In this document: in pieces, positions 40,487 through 50,424 of the stretch
How positions within the stretch are numbered: the stretch's first letter is position 1
How the letters are laid out: every line of letters starts with the position of its first letter
Assembly (NCBI RefSeq): GCF_047289955.1
Contig: NZ_JBLBUB010000028.1
Location: forward strand, 1,851-65,850
DNA: 64,000 nucleotides
Direction of reading: 5' to 3'
From: Microbulbifer sp. 2304DJ12-6
Lineage (GTDB): Bacteria; Pseudomonadota; Gammaproteobacteria; Pseudomonadales; Cellvibrionaceae
Position numbers and translations under genes: made by a program
The notes under the pieces: model-generated
Database searches by the model: none
What the model saw: the letters and a program-made list of their open reading frames with translations, nothing else
Told to the model about the DNA's origin: nothing

Positions 40487-41562
40487 GGTGCCAGCTCCCC
40501 AGAGTGCGGCTGTGCCAGCAGGTCCACCAATTGGTTGTCATCTGTCTGTACAGCTTTCACTTCGACTGCAACTCCGGGCCTGAGGCGGATATTGCCGTGA
40601 GTTACTACCTGGTCCCCCTCTGCGAGGCCCGCCAGAATCTCCACGCCGCCCTGGCGACGGGTGCCAATGGTCACTGCAACTTGTGTGGCCACTGTGCGCT
40701 TGTCTTTAGTGGTGATACGCCTGACAAACTCCTGCCTGCCGCGACTCATCAGCGCTTCCTCCGGAATCACCAGCGCCGACCTGGGCGGTGGCAGCAGGCG
40801 CACCCGCATCAGCTGGCCCGGGCGCAGCTTGTGGTCGGGGTTTGGCAGTATCGCGCGGACGGAGATGGAGCGGGTGACCGGGTCAATTCGGCTGTTAACA
40901 CTACTCAGGCTGCCACGGAATACTTCGTTCGGCCAAGCGGCGGTGGTTCCCGTTACCTCAGAATGGGGTGTCAGGAGCGACAGAAAACGCGCCGGCACTG
41001 AAAAGTCCAGCTTCATGGTCAGGTCGTCATCGATGGTGGTAACCACAGTTCCCGGTTGCACCAGTGCCCCAACGCTGATATTGCGTTGACCAATAATCCC
41101 GTCGAAAGGAGCCAGGATTCGCCGCTGGCGTATCTGCGCCTGGATGGCCTCCATGCGTGCCTGGGCAGTCTGCTTCTTGAGTAACTGCTCATCCAGTGCC
41201 GATTCCGAAGCGCTGCCCTTGGCAATCAGCGGGTTGAGTCGCCTGATCTGCAGCTCCGCTTCACTCAGTCGAGACCGCTCCTCGGACAGCAGTGCTTGTT
41301 CTTCTGAAGCATCCATTTCAAGCAGCAGATCGCCGGTGGTTACCCGGTCGCCGTCTTCAAAATTGATCCGGGTTACCTTTTCCGTGACCGTCGAGGTGAT
41401 AAGCACATTTTCATTGGCTTGCAGGGTTCCCAAAGCTTCGATTGGCTCAACCCATTCGACACGTTTCACCTCCGCGACAAAGACCGGAGTGGGGGACGGC
41501 TGGGAGAGCACCTGCCCCGATGTCAGTAATATCATCGTGAGTATCAGTGGGCGATAGATCAT
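40483..41562 (-). CDS. RND efflux periplasmic adaptor subunit
   Basis: 359 aa. Signal/anchor MIYRPLILTMILLTSGQVLS. Coiled-coil hairpin. 4-nt overlap with the downstream RND permease. Confidence 0.85.
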   Translation of the reverse strand: MIYRPLILTMILLTSGQVLSQPSPTPVFVAEVKRVEWVEPIEALGTLQANENVLITSTVTEKVTRINFEDGDRVTTGDLLLEMDASEEQALLSEERSRLSEAELQIRRLNPLIAKGSASESALDEQLLKKQTAQARMEAIQAQIRQRRILAPFDGIIGQRNISVGALVQPGTVVTTIDDDLTMKLDFSVPARFLSLLTPHSEVTGTTAAWPNEVFRGSLSSVNSRIDPVTRSISVRAILPNPDHKLRPGQLMRVRLLPPPRSALVIPEEALMSRGRQEFVRRITTKDKRTVATQVAVTIGTRRQGGVEILAGLAEGDQVVTHGNIRLRPGVAVEVKAVQTDDNQLVDLLAQPHSGELAP

Positions 41563-42531
41563 AGTTCGAGACTCCTGAAACAGGGGCCTAGCCTACCGTC
41601 GCAGTGGTTAAGGAGGAGTTAATAAAGGAGAATTTCACCCAGGGCTATCCACCCTTGTGTTTGTGCCTAAATCTCAGTGCAATCTGGTTGGCATGGTCTA
41701 GGAAAGGGTAGTGGAAGTGGCTAATCGCTTTTCAGTGACCAGCAGACAGTTCTGGACAGCGCGAAACTGAAATATGAAGTGTGAGTGTTATCGCCAGCCT
41801 GCATAACCGATTTCTCTCAGTTTCCGGTTGCGCAGGGAAGCTAAAACTCGGTTTTTGCGCCACTCCAGAGATAGTGCTGCCCTGCTTGGTAGTAACACCA
41901 CAAACCAAGGTGACAATGCTGCTCTGTTACTGTCGAAGGATTCAGGTTTGATAATGGCAGGCCCTTCATTCCGCCTGAGCAGTGGGTCTGAGCGCTATTG
42001 ATGATCGTATTCTACGAGGTCATCAACAGCCAGGCTGACGCTAAGAGATTGATGTTACGTGACCACAGTTGCTGAATCCAGGCTATAAGATAAGGTCAGG
42101 TATGAATGGTTCCTGGCACCAATTTAGAGTTATTTAACAGGCTCCACAACAAATCAAGCACTTACTACCGGGTCGGAAGGAAAGAATACCCCTCCCCCAG
42201 GACATGCTGTGAATACATCCTTGTACGCTCGTAATCGGCATCCATGCCTCATACGATCCTGAGAGAGGGGTATTCTTCCCTCCTGCTTTACTAGTAACTA
42301 CTTGATTTGCAGTCCGAATATCCCTCTTCGGGTTAGTAGACGGCGAAAAATAGTTTTTCAACAACCTGTTAAAGGGTTTTGTCCAGAAAACCGCCAAATG
42401 TTACTCATGCGGTTATTGGCCAGAGATGCTGGGGGCATGATGAAGGGGTGATATTTAACCAAGAGTTCCTCTACATCAACAGAATTGTACGTGCCGAAGC
42501 ACGGCGGCACACACAGTTTTGTTGACAAACA

Positions 42532-44097
42532 TTGTACCTAGAACTACTGGTGAAAATCATGTTGAATTTCAGGTCTGGGTTTCGAAGCAGAACAAGGAGA
42601 GGCTCTACACCCAAGGTTTACCGCAGCTATATACTTATCATTTTTGCAACGCTGTCCGCTTGTATGGTCGGTCCTGACTTCACGAGACCAGAGCTTTCTC
42701 CCGCAGCCAAATTTACCCGTAATGATCCAGAGGCAACGGTCTCCTCGAACGTGCAGGGCGGTGCATCACAATCCTTTTCCAGCAGTCGAGATGTCCCTGG
42801 CGATTGGTGGGAACTGTTCCGCTCAGAGCCCTTGAACATTTATGTTCGTATTGCTGTCGCGAACAGCCCAACGCTTGCGCAGTCAGAAGCTACCCTTGTT
42901 CAAGCGCAAGAAACCGCAAATGCCGCGGGTGGTGCCCTATATCCCACTATCATTGGTTCAACGAGTTTTACTCGTCAGAAATTTGCTTTGGAAGGTGGTG
43001 CAGCAAGCCAGGTTATTGCAGACATTAGTCCGATTTTCAGTGTGTACAGCGCGTCGTTGAGCTTATCGTACACCTTAGATATTTGGGGTGGTATTAGACG
43101 CAATATTGAATCGCAAGTCGCTAATGTTCAGTACGCACAATTCCAAGTAGAGGCAGCCCATCTAGCACTCGTGTCAAATCTCCTCAATGCCGTTATCATG
43201 GAGGCATCAATCAAAGGGCAGATTCGTGCAACCAAAGAAATTATCAATGTGCAGGAGCAACAACTCTTTATCCTTCGCACACAATTCAGATTGGGTGGTG
43301 TAGATGAAAGTCAGGTCTTACAGCAGCTGGCTACACTGGAGCAAACCAAAGCCACACTCCCTCCCTTAGAGCAGAGTTTGGTCGTTCAGAAAAATTTGAT
43401 CATTGCTCTGGGTGGCTTCTATCCAACCGAAAAGGTCGTTCAGGAGTTTGAGCTATCTGACCTGAGCCTGCCAAGAGAGCTTCCTCTCAGCCTGCCATCT
43501 GAACTTGTCATACAGCGTCCAGATATCCGTTCTGCAGAAGCTCAATTATGGGCAGCCAGTGCCAATATTGGCGTGGCATTGGCGAACCAGCTGCCCAACA
43601 TCATGATCATGGCGGATGTGGGCACCGAATCTGAAGAGTTTTCTCGAATGTTTTCGTCGGGTACTGGCGTATGGTCCATCACAACCTCTTTGAGCCAAAC
43701 GATTTTTGATGGCGGAACACTGAACAGCGAGCGTAAAGCCGCTATTGCAGCCTTCCATGCCGCCGCTGCGAACTATCGTGAAGTGGTTGTTTCTGCATTT
43801 AGTGATGTCGCCAATGCCATTAGTGCAGTGCAAAAGGATGCCTTAACGCTTAAAGCAAGCCTTTCTGCAGAGCGCTCAGCACTGCGCAGCCTTACACTTA
43901 CGCAGCAGCAATACACTCTTGGTGCAATTGATCTCACTACGCTGTTGCTTGCCGTTCAAACGTATCAGCAGGCCAAGATCAATCTCGTTCAGGCACAAGC
44001 GGCTCGCTTTTCAGATACGGTCGCGCTGTTTTTCGCGCTGGGCGGAGGGTGGTGGAACAGGCCACTGTCAGCACCAAACCGGATACAAGGGCCTTAA
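42532..44097 (+). CDS. RND efflux outer-membrane factor lipoprotein (NodT/OprM/TolC family)
   Basis: Lipobox LSAC. Duplicated alpha-helical/beta-barrel OEP repeats. WWELFRSEPLN and LALGGGWW C-terminal motifs are typical of NodT-family OMFs. The true start may be an internal ATG near 42559. Confidence 0.85.
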   Translation: MYLELLVKIMLNFRSGFRSRTRRGSTPKVYRSYILIIFATLSACMVGPDFTRPELSPAAKFTRNDPEATVSSNVQGGASQSFSSSRDVPGDWWELFRSEPLNIYVRIAVANSPTLAQSEATLVQAQETANAAGGALYPTIIGSTSFTRQKFALEGGAASQVIADISPIFSVYSASLSLSYTLDIWGGIRRNIESQVANVQYAQFQVEAAHLALVSNLLNAVIMEASIKGQIRATKEIINVQEQQLFILRTQFRLGGVDESQVLQQLATLEQTKATLPPLEQSLVVQKNLIIALGGFYPTEKVVQEFELSDLSLPRELPLSLPSELVIQRPDIRSAEAQLWAASANIGVALANQLPNIMIMADVGTESEEFSRMFSSGTGVWSITTSLSQTIFDGGTLNSERKAAIAAFHAAAANYREVVVSAFSDVANAISAVQKDALTLKASLSAERSALRSLTLTQQQYTLGAIDLTTLLLAVQTYQQAKINLVQAQAARFSDTVALFFALGGGWWNRPLSAPNRIQGP

Positions 44098-44205
44098 ACA
44101 GTAATTTCTCCCCTACGCTCATACAGGGGAGTAGCCATCGTTAGTATTACATACTGATTTATTTAACTGAAAATAAATTTACATAGTCGACCAGCTATAA
44201 GTACC

Positions 44206-45351
44206 GTGAAGAAACCTTTAAAAAAACTAAATATGACGATTATGCTGGTCTGCGTCGGTATTGTCTTTGGCGGCCTTTATGCTTTTCAGCAATACAAGTC
44301 TTTGGTCGCTGGCAGGGCCGTCACAGAAATACAGAACAAGATTGAGGTTGTTTCCACATACACAGCCAGCAAGCAACGCTGGACTGAAAAAATTACCGCC
44401 ATCGGCAACCTTGTTGCCATAAAAGGAGCAGACCTATCGCCTCAGGTTGCTGGTAATGTCACCCGCATCAATTTCTCCTCGGGCCAAGACGTGCTGCAAG
44501 GCACCGTCCTTATTGAGCAGGATACTACACAAGAAATCGCGCAACTCCTATCTCTGGAAGCACAGGAAGAGTACGCACGTCAGACGCTGGAGCGTGATTT
44601 GGAGCAATACAAAGTCAATGCAGTCAGCAAGCAGCAGATTGATTTGGATTGGTCAAACCTGAAGAATCTTGAAGGTGAGGTACAAAATCAGCTCGCTTTG
44701 ATTGCCAAAATGAACATTAAAGCTCCATTCGATGGGCGATTGGGTATCCGTCTTGTTAGTGTAGGGCAATACCTCAATGTAGGCACACCCTATGTGTCTC
44801 TGCAGCAACTGGATGAACTCTTCGTTGATTTTTATATACCGCAGCGCTTTTTGGGCACTGTGCAGGCAGAACAGGAGATAGAGATAACTGTAGACACCTA
44901 TCCCGGAAAAGTCATTAAGGGCAAACTGATAGCCATCAACTCCGAAGTTGATATCAACAACGGGAATGCGCTCATTCGGGGGCGTTTCAAAAATCCTGAT
45001 AAAAAACTGCTTCCCGGTATGTTTGTTGATGTCAACCTTGTGATATCAGCCCCCAAAGAAGAGATAACGTTGCCTCAAACAGCCGTCACTTACCATTCTT
45101 ATGGGGTGACAGTGTATGTGCTCAAGAAGACTGCGAGAAAAACCAACGGTAAAATTGTATATCTGGCTGAAGAACGTTTTATCCAAACCGGAGCAAAGCG
45201 CGGAGATCAGGTTGTTGTCATCAAAGGAGTTGAGGAGAATGCGTTAGTTGTCAGCGCTGGGCAGATCAAATTGCACAATGGTTCTGCTGTCACTATAGAT
45301 AATTCGGTATTGCCAAAGAACGACCCTGATCCAAAGCCGGTTGAGCATTAG
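44206..45351 (+). CDS. RND efflux periplasmic adaptor subunit
   Basis: 381 aa. N-terminal TM anchor. Coiled-coil (LLSLEAQEEYARQTLERDLEQYKVNAVSKQQIDL). Beta-barrel domains. Confidence 0.85.
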   Translation: MKKPLKKLNMTIMLVCVGIVFGGLYAFQQYKSLVAGRAVTEIQNKIEVVSTYTASKQRWTEKITAIGNLVAIKGADLSPQVAGNVTRINFSSGQDVLQGTVLIEQDTTQEIAQLLSLEAQEEYARQTLERDLEQYKVNAVSKQQIDLDWSNLKNLEGEVQNQLALIAKMNIKAPFDGRLGIRLVSVGQYLNVGTPYVSLQQLDELFVDFYIPQRFLGTVQAEQEIEITVDTYPGKVIKGKLIAINSEVDINNGNALIRGRFKNPDKKLLPGMFVDVNLVISAPKEEITLPQTAVTYHSYGVTVYVLKKTARKTNGKIVYLAEERFIQTGAKRGDQVVVIKGVEENALVVSAGQIKLHNGSAVTIDNSVLPKNDPDPKPVEH

Positions 45352-45357
45352 AGAGAG

Positions 45358-48300
45358 ATGAGCAATTTTACTGAAATATTCGTTCGCCGTCCTGTCTTGG
45401 CATCAACCATCAGTCTGATGATTCTGGCACTTGGTTTGCGCGCAATTTTTCAATTGCCTGTGCTTGAATATCCTAAAACCGAAAATGCTGTTATTACTGT
45501 TTCCACCACCTACTATGGGGCTAGCGCTGAAACCATCGCAGGTTTTATTACCACTCCCTTAGAGGAGGCAATCGCGCAGGCTGAGGGTATAGATTATATG
45601 ACCTCGACTAGCGCCAGTACAGTTAGCACAATTACCATCAACCTGGAACTCAATTATGATGTAGACAAGGCTCTAACGGAAATTTCAGCTCAGATCAGCT
45701 CCGTCATAGATCAGTTGCCTCAGCAGACGCAAAACCCCGTTTTTAGCATTGAAATTGGTGAAACGATTGATGCTATGTATATTGGTTTCACCGCTGAGGT
45801 TATCGATCCAAACCAATTGACGGACTATATTATTCGCGTTGTCCAGCCTCAGGTGCAGGCAATTGCAGGCGTGCAGACAGCTGAACTCATAGGAGAAAAA
45901 CGCTATGCAATCCGAGCGTGGATAAACCCGTATAAGCTGGCTGCCTACGGATTAACAGGCACAGATATCGCTAATGCACTGGCTGATAATGATTTTATTT
46001 CCGGGGTTGGCAATTCCAAAGGCCAGATGGTGCAGGTTGAATTAACTGCTAATACCAATTTGACGGATGTTGAGCAGTTTCGTCAACTCGTAGTGAAACA
46101 GGTCGACGGCGCCATTGTTCGCATGCGTGATGTCGGTACAGTGGTTCTTGGATCAGAAGATTATGATAACGCCGTTCTCTTCGATGGCAAGCAGGCGGTT
46201 TACATCGGTGTAAAAGCATCTCCAGCGGCAAATGTATTGTCTATGTTAGAAGAGGTTCGAAATCTCATTCCAGTTGTACAAAAAACTATGCCGCCGGGCC
46301 TGGAAGCGCGCATCGTCTATGATTCGGGTCTCTTCATTAACGCTGCTATTGATGAAGTGATCCGCGCATTAGTTGAAGCGGTGCTGATTGTAACCCTTGT
46401 GGTGTTCCTGTTTATAGGCTCCACACGCACCGTTGCCATTCCAATTGTCGCAATCCCACTTTCCCTGATTGGTACCTTCTTTTTTATGTTGATGCTGGGC
46501 TATTCCATCAACTTGCTCACGCTGCTCGCTTTGGTGTTGGCTATTGGTTTGGTGGTGGATGATGCGATTATCGTCGTTGAAGATGTGGAACGCCACATCA
46601 GTGAAGGAAGCACGCCAATGCGAGCGGCCATTCAGGCAGGGCAGGATTTGGGGCGACCGATTATTGCAATGACGGTGGTACTTGTTGCTGTGTACGCACC
46701 TATCGGTTTTCAAGGTGGGTTGACCGGTGCGCTTTTTACGGAATTCGCGTTCACAGTTGTTGGCGCAGTGAGTGTTTCGGCCATAGTTGCGCTAACACTT
46801 ACCCCAATGATGAGCTCAAAAATATTAAAGCCCAGATCTCAGGAACCTTCTGGCTGGGATTCTATGATGGTGCGCAGAGTGGATGGTGTCTATGATCAAT
46901 TTAGACAATTCTATCTGCGTTTATTGGATAAATCGCTGGATAATCGGCCTGTCGTTTTGACCTTCGCTTTCATCATACTGGCTAGCATTCCTTTCCTATA
47001 CGATACTTCAAAAAAAGAACTGTCTCCACAGGAAGATCAGGGTATTGTTCTGGTTCAATCAACCCCCGCGTCATCAGCCACCTTGGAGCAAAAACTTCTT
47101 TACTCTCAACAGATTTATGACATCGCGTCCAAATATCCTGAAACAGAGGGGATGTTTCAGCTTATTCTGGCGAGTAGCGCCCTTTCAGGCGTTCAGTTGA
47201 CCTCATGGGATCAGCGCGATAAAACGGCGACAGAGCTTCAATATACAATGCAAGTGCCTATGGAGGGTATTGCTGGCTTCAAAAATGTGATGTTCCAAAA
47301 CCCACCCTTACCCGGTAGTAGTGGGTTGCCAGTCCAGTTTGTCATCAAAACCACCCTGCCAGTCGATCAGCTAAATCTGGTGGGTTCCGACTTTCTGGAA
47401 AAGGCCAGGGCTAGCGGAAAATTTATTTACATTGATAAGGATCTCAAGATTGACAAGCCGCAAGGGCAGATCATCATTGATCGTGATTTGACTGCAGAAT
47501 TGGGCCTCACTCTTGCAGATGTGGGCTCTTCTCTGACTAATCTTATGAGTGGAGGGTACATAAATTATTTCGACCTGGATGGAAGATCTTATAAGGTCAT
47601 TCCGCAAATCATTCAGTATGATCGCCTTAATCCCGAGCAGCTCCTCAATACCTACATCCGCACAGATAATGATTCTTTTGTGCCACTTTCAACAATTGCC
47701 ACCCTGGAAACTGCAGTAACGCCGGAGTTTATTCCACATTTCCAGCAGCAGAATTCTATGACACTTTCAGGTGTACCAAACCTTGGTGTGCAGTTGGAAG
47801 AGGCCCTCTCAACCCTCCAGCAGCTTGCCAAGGCTGAATTACCAGAAGGTTATACGATTGATTATGCGCAACAATCCCGCCAGTATGAGCAAGAATCCAA
47901 CACCTTTGCAATAACCTTCGCCTTTTCTTTTCTCGTTATCTTTCTTACGCTTGCCGCCTTGTTTGAAAGTTTCAGAGATCCGATTATCATTCTGATCTCT
48001 GTTCCAATGTCCATTGCAGGTGCATTATTCTTCATCAACATCGGAGTAGGTGGAGCAAGTATCAATATTTATACTCAGGTCGGCATCATCACTTTGATGG
48101 GTTTGATTTCCAAGCACGGCATCCTCATCGTGGAGGTCGCTACCGAACTGCAGCAAAATAAGGGGGTTGGCAAGAGGGAGGCAATAATTGGCGCCTTAAA
48201 AATTCGTCTTCGCGCAATCCTGATGACAACCGCTGCAATGGTCCTGGGTGTGATTCCACTGGTGCTTGCTTCTGGAGCTGGTGCCGCCTCCCGCTTCAAT

Positions 48301-48420
48301 ATGGGGCTTGTCATTGCCACAGGGCTTTCCATCGGAACCCTGTTTACCCTGTTTGTAGTGCCCAACGTCTATATGCTCATCGCAATTGATCGCTCAAAAA
48401 TAGTTCAAGCCGATGTATAG
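45358..48420 (+). CDS. RND family efflux transporter permease
   Basis: 1020 aa. Conserved LAIGLVVDDAIIVVEDVERH and LASGAGAASRFNMGLVIATGLSIGTLFTLFVVP. Follows the adaptor by 6 nt. Confidence 0.9.
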   Translation: MSNFTEIFVRRPVLASTISLMILALGLRAIFQLPVLEYPKTENAVITVSTTYYGASAETIAGFITTPLEEAIAQAEGIDYMTSTSASTVSTITINLELNYDVDKALTEISAQISSVIDQLPQQTQNPVFSIEIGETIDAMYIGFTAEVIDPNQLTDYIIRVVQPQVQAIAGVQTAELIGEKRYAIRAWINPYKLAAYGLTGTDIANALADNDFISGVGNSKGQMVQVELTANTNLTDVEQFRQLVVKQVDGAIVRMRDVGTVVLGSEDYDNAVLFDGKQAVYIGVKASPAANVLSMLEEVRNLIPVVQKTMPPGLEARIVYDSGLFINAAIDEVIRALVEAVLIVTLVVFLFIGSTRTVAIPIVAIPLSLIGTFFFMLMLGYSINLLTLLALVLAIGLVVDDAIIVVEDVERHISEGSTPMRAAIQAGQDLGRPIIAMTVVLVAVYAPIGFQGGLTGALFTEFAFTVVGAVSVSAIVALTLTPMMSSKILKPRSQEPSGWDSMMVRRVDGVYDQFRQFYLRLLDKSLDNRPVVLTFAFIILASIPFLYDTSKKELSPQEDQGIVLVQSTPASSATLEQKLLYSQQIYDIASKYPETEGMFQLILASSALSGVQLTSWDQRDKTATELQYTMQVPMEGIAGFKNVMFQNPPLPGSSGLPVQFVIKTTLPVDQLNLVGSDFLEKARASGKFIYIDKDLKIDKPQGQIIIDRDLTAELGLTLADVGSSLTNLMSGGYINYFDLDGRSYKVIPQIIQYDRLNPEQLLNTYIRTDNDSFVPLSTIATLETAVTPEFIPHFQQQNSMTLSGVPNLGVQLEEALSTLQQLAKAELPEGYTIDYAQQSRQYEQESNTFAITFAFSFLVIFLTLAALFESFRDPIIILISVPMSIAGALFFINIGVGGASINIYTQVGIITLMGLISKHGILIVEVATELQQNKGVGKREAIIGALKIRLRAILMTTAAMVLGVIPLVLASGAGAASRFNMGLVIATGLSIGTLFTLFVVPNVYMLIAIDRSKIVQADV

Positions 48421-48604
48421 TGGCCAAGTATTTATCCAATTACCACCCTCGCTACGTCATATCTGTAAAATACTGGGGATAGTGGCCATAAAATGTCGGA
48501 TTGCGACCTCTTATCGTTACATTCACAGCGAACATTGTTCAATAGCCTACTACCAAGTTGCATATTTGGGGGGTTGGGTAGCCCGCCCCCATTCGGTTAA
48601 AATA

Positions 48605-50212
48605 TTAGTGTTTCAGGATCGTTTTGATATCCTCAAACCGTACTCCGTGTTTAGCCAGTAGTTGCTTCACCCGGTGGGAGTCATTACTGGATTTCTTGGT
48701 TTTCCTGCTTACATTGAACAGTGTTCTTCCTGCCTCTGCCATGGAGTTGGAGTTACGACATATCTCTATAAGGCTGGCGAGTTTCAATTGATCGTAGTAA
48801 TCAATCTCTTTGGTGCAGCCAGGCCCCAATACCTGCACAATCAGCGCTCCGGGGTCCAGATCTGAGCTGGGGGCAGATTGCCACTTCCGTCTCAGCCGGT
48901 TTATCTCCTCTTCGGCCACGGCAGCGGTAATGCGGCCACCGTCAGCGAGGGTGCCCATACGGGTGATACTGGCATTGAGGTCGCGGAAGTTGGCTGACCA
49001 AGTAGCATCGGGTGAACGGCTGAAGGTCAGGTATTTTTCACGGGCCACTTTGTTGAAGTTCACCAGGTAGCCAGACTTGCTGGAAAAGGCCTCCAGTTCA
49101 AAATCGATATTGGGTTCTAGATCCTCTATCCGCTCCTTTAGGGAGGGGAGCTGATAGGTCCACAGGTCTATTCGGGCAAGCAGGTCTTCACGAAACAGCC
49201 CCTCGCGGGATTGCTGAGTGAGGTCACGGTTGGTGCCAGCGATCAGCTGAAAGTCGCTGTTGACCTCTTTGTCTGAGCCAAAGGGCATGAAGCGCTTGTC
49301 CTCGATTGCTCTCAGTAGCATCGCTTGCTCGTCCAGTCCTAACTCGCCGACCTCATCCAGAAACAGCAACCCTTTATTGGCCTCCATCAGTAACCCTGGT
49401 CGGTCAGCGGCGGCGCCGGTGAATGCGCCTTTTTTATGGCCAAACAGCGCGGACATGGCATTTTCACCCCGCAGCGTCGCACAGTTTACGGCAACTAGGC
49501 GGCCATCAAGCTTGCCACGTTGTTTCCTGAGCTCATACACCCGCTGGGCAAGCTGGGATTTGCCGGCGCCTGTGGGGCCGGTGATCAGGATGGGCTCATT
49601 AGAGCGGATAGAGACTTGCTCCAGTTGCTCAATCATCTTGTTGAAGGCGGCGTTATTGGTCTCAATGCCTCCTTTCAGGTAGGTCGTGCCTTCCTGGTGT
49701 TCCTTTTGAAAGCGCGAGGCGATCTGGTCGTACTTCGATAAGTCGAGGTCGATGATCTGGTATTGGCCCGGCAGGTTGCTATCGCGCTTGGCGGGAGAGG
49801 TTTGTAGCAGTTGGCCGGGCAGGTAGCCCGCTTCGGTGAGTAGGTATAGGCATATCTGGGCAACGTGGGTGCCCGTGGTGATATGCGTGAGGTACTTCTC
49901 TTTGCTGGGCTTGAAGTCGTAGCCGCGGGCAAAGTCGAGCAGGTCGCTATAGACCGTTTCGAAGTCCCAGGGGTCGTTGAAGTTGACGCGGTGGTGCACG
50001 ACCTCGGTCTCGGGTGAGACGCGCGCGATATCCTCTGTCACCTGCTTGGCAAGGTTATCGGAGTGGTTATCAAAGAGCAGCTCGAGACGATCAATTAGCA
50101 AGTCGTCGTGCTGGCACATTGAAATAGTGGGTCGCCACTTATCCCAGCGCTTTTCGCCTTTGCCGCGCCGGTCCATGGTGGTGCCGAGAATACTGATAGC
50201 TACTGTTTTCAT
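48605..50212 (-). CDS. rtcR: RtcR, sigma54-dependent transcriptional activator of rtcBA with an N-terminal CARF domain
   Basis: Strong collinearity with E. coli RtcR as recalled from memory: KTVAISILGT..WDKWRPT, Walker A GPTGAGKS, GAFTGA, ESELFGH-like region. Divergent from rtcB. Confidence 0.9.
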   Translation of the reverse strand: MKTVAISILGTTMDRRGKGEKRWDKWRPTISMCQHDDLLIDRLELLFDNHSDNLAKQVTEDIARVSPETEVVHHRVNFNDPWDFETVYSDLLDFARGYDFKPSKEKYLTHITTGTHVAQICLYLLTEAGYLPGQLLQTSPAKRDSNLPGQYQIIDLDLSKYDQIASRFQKEHQEGTTYLKGGIETNNAAFNKMIEQLEQVSIRSNEPILITGPTGAGKSQLAQRVYELRKQRGKLDGRLVAVNCATLRGENAMSALFGHKKGAFTGAAADRPGLLMEANKGLLFLDEVGELGLDEQAMLLRAIEDKRFMPFGSDKEVNSDFQLIAGTNRDLTQQSREGLFREDLLARIDLWTYQLPSLKERIEDLEPNIDFELEAFSSKSGYLVNFNKVAREKYLTFSRSPDATWSANFRDLNASITRMGTLADGGRITAAVAEEEINRLRRKWQSAPSSDLDPGALIVQVLGPGCTKEIDYYDQLKLASLIEICRNSNSMAEAGRTLFNVSRKTKKSSNDSHRVKQLLAKHGVRFEDIKTILKH

Positions 50213-50360
50213 ACTATCTAATATAATAACAATCTATCTTTAAAGATAGTTATATGATGTTTGTGGTAGCAGACCATTAGGTCAATAATAGCGCTAAAGA
50301 AAAATAAAACTTGTTTTAAAACAATAAGATAGGAGGTGTTTCAGGGCTGTATGTAAAAGT

Positions 50361-50376
50361 TGGCACTCTTTTCGCT
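50361..50376 (+). promoter_or_regulatory. Sigma54 (-24/-12) promoter candidate for rtcBA
   Basis: TGGCAC-N5-TCGCT (50361-50376) conserves the GG and GC dinucleotides at the correct spacing. About 50 nt upstream of the likely rtcB start. A perfect 16-bp palindrome CTATCTTTAAAGATAG at 50234-50249 is a candidate activator or IHF site. Confidence 0.5.
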
Positions 50377-50424
50377 GTGCCTATAGTAAGAAAAATGAGA
50401 GCAGAGAATGAAGGGAATAGAACC

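Noticed and set aside
48421-48604. G-run hairpin GGGGGGTTGGGTAGCCCGCCCCC between the convergent RND and rtcR genes as a bidirectional terminator
   Set aside because: The flanking tracts are only weakly T/A-rich on either strand, so it is plausible but unconvincing.
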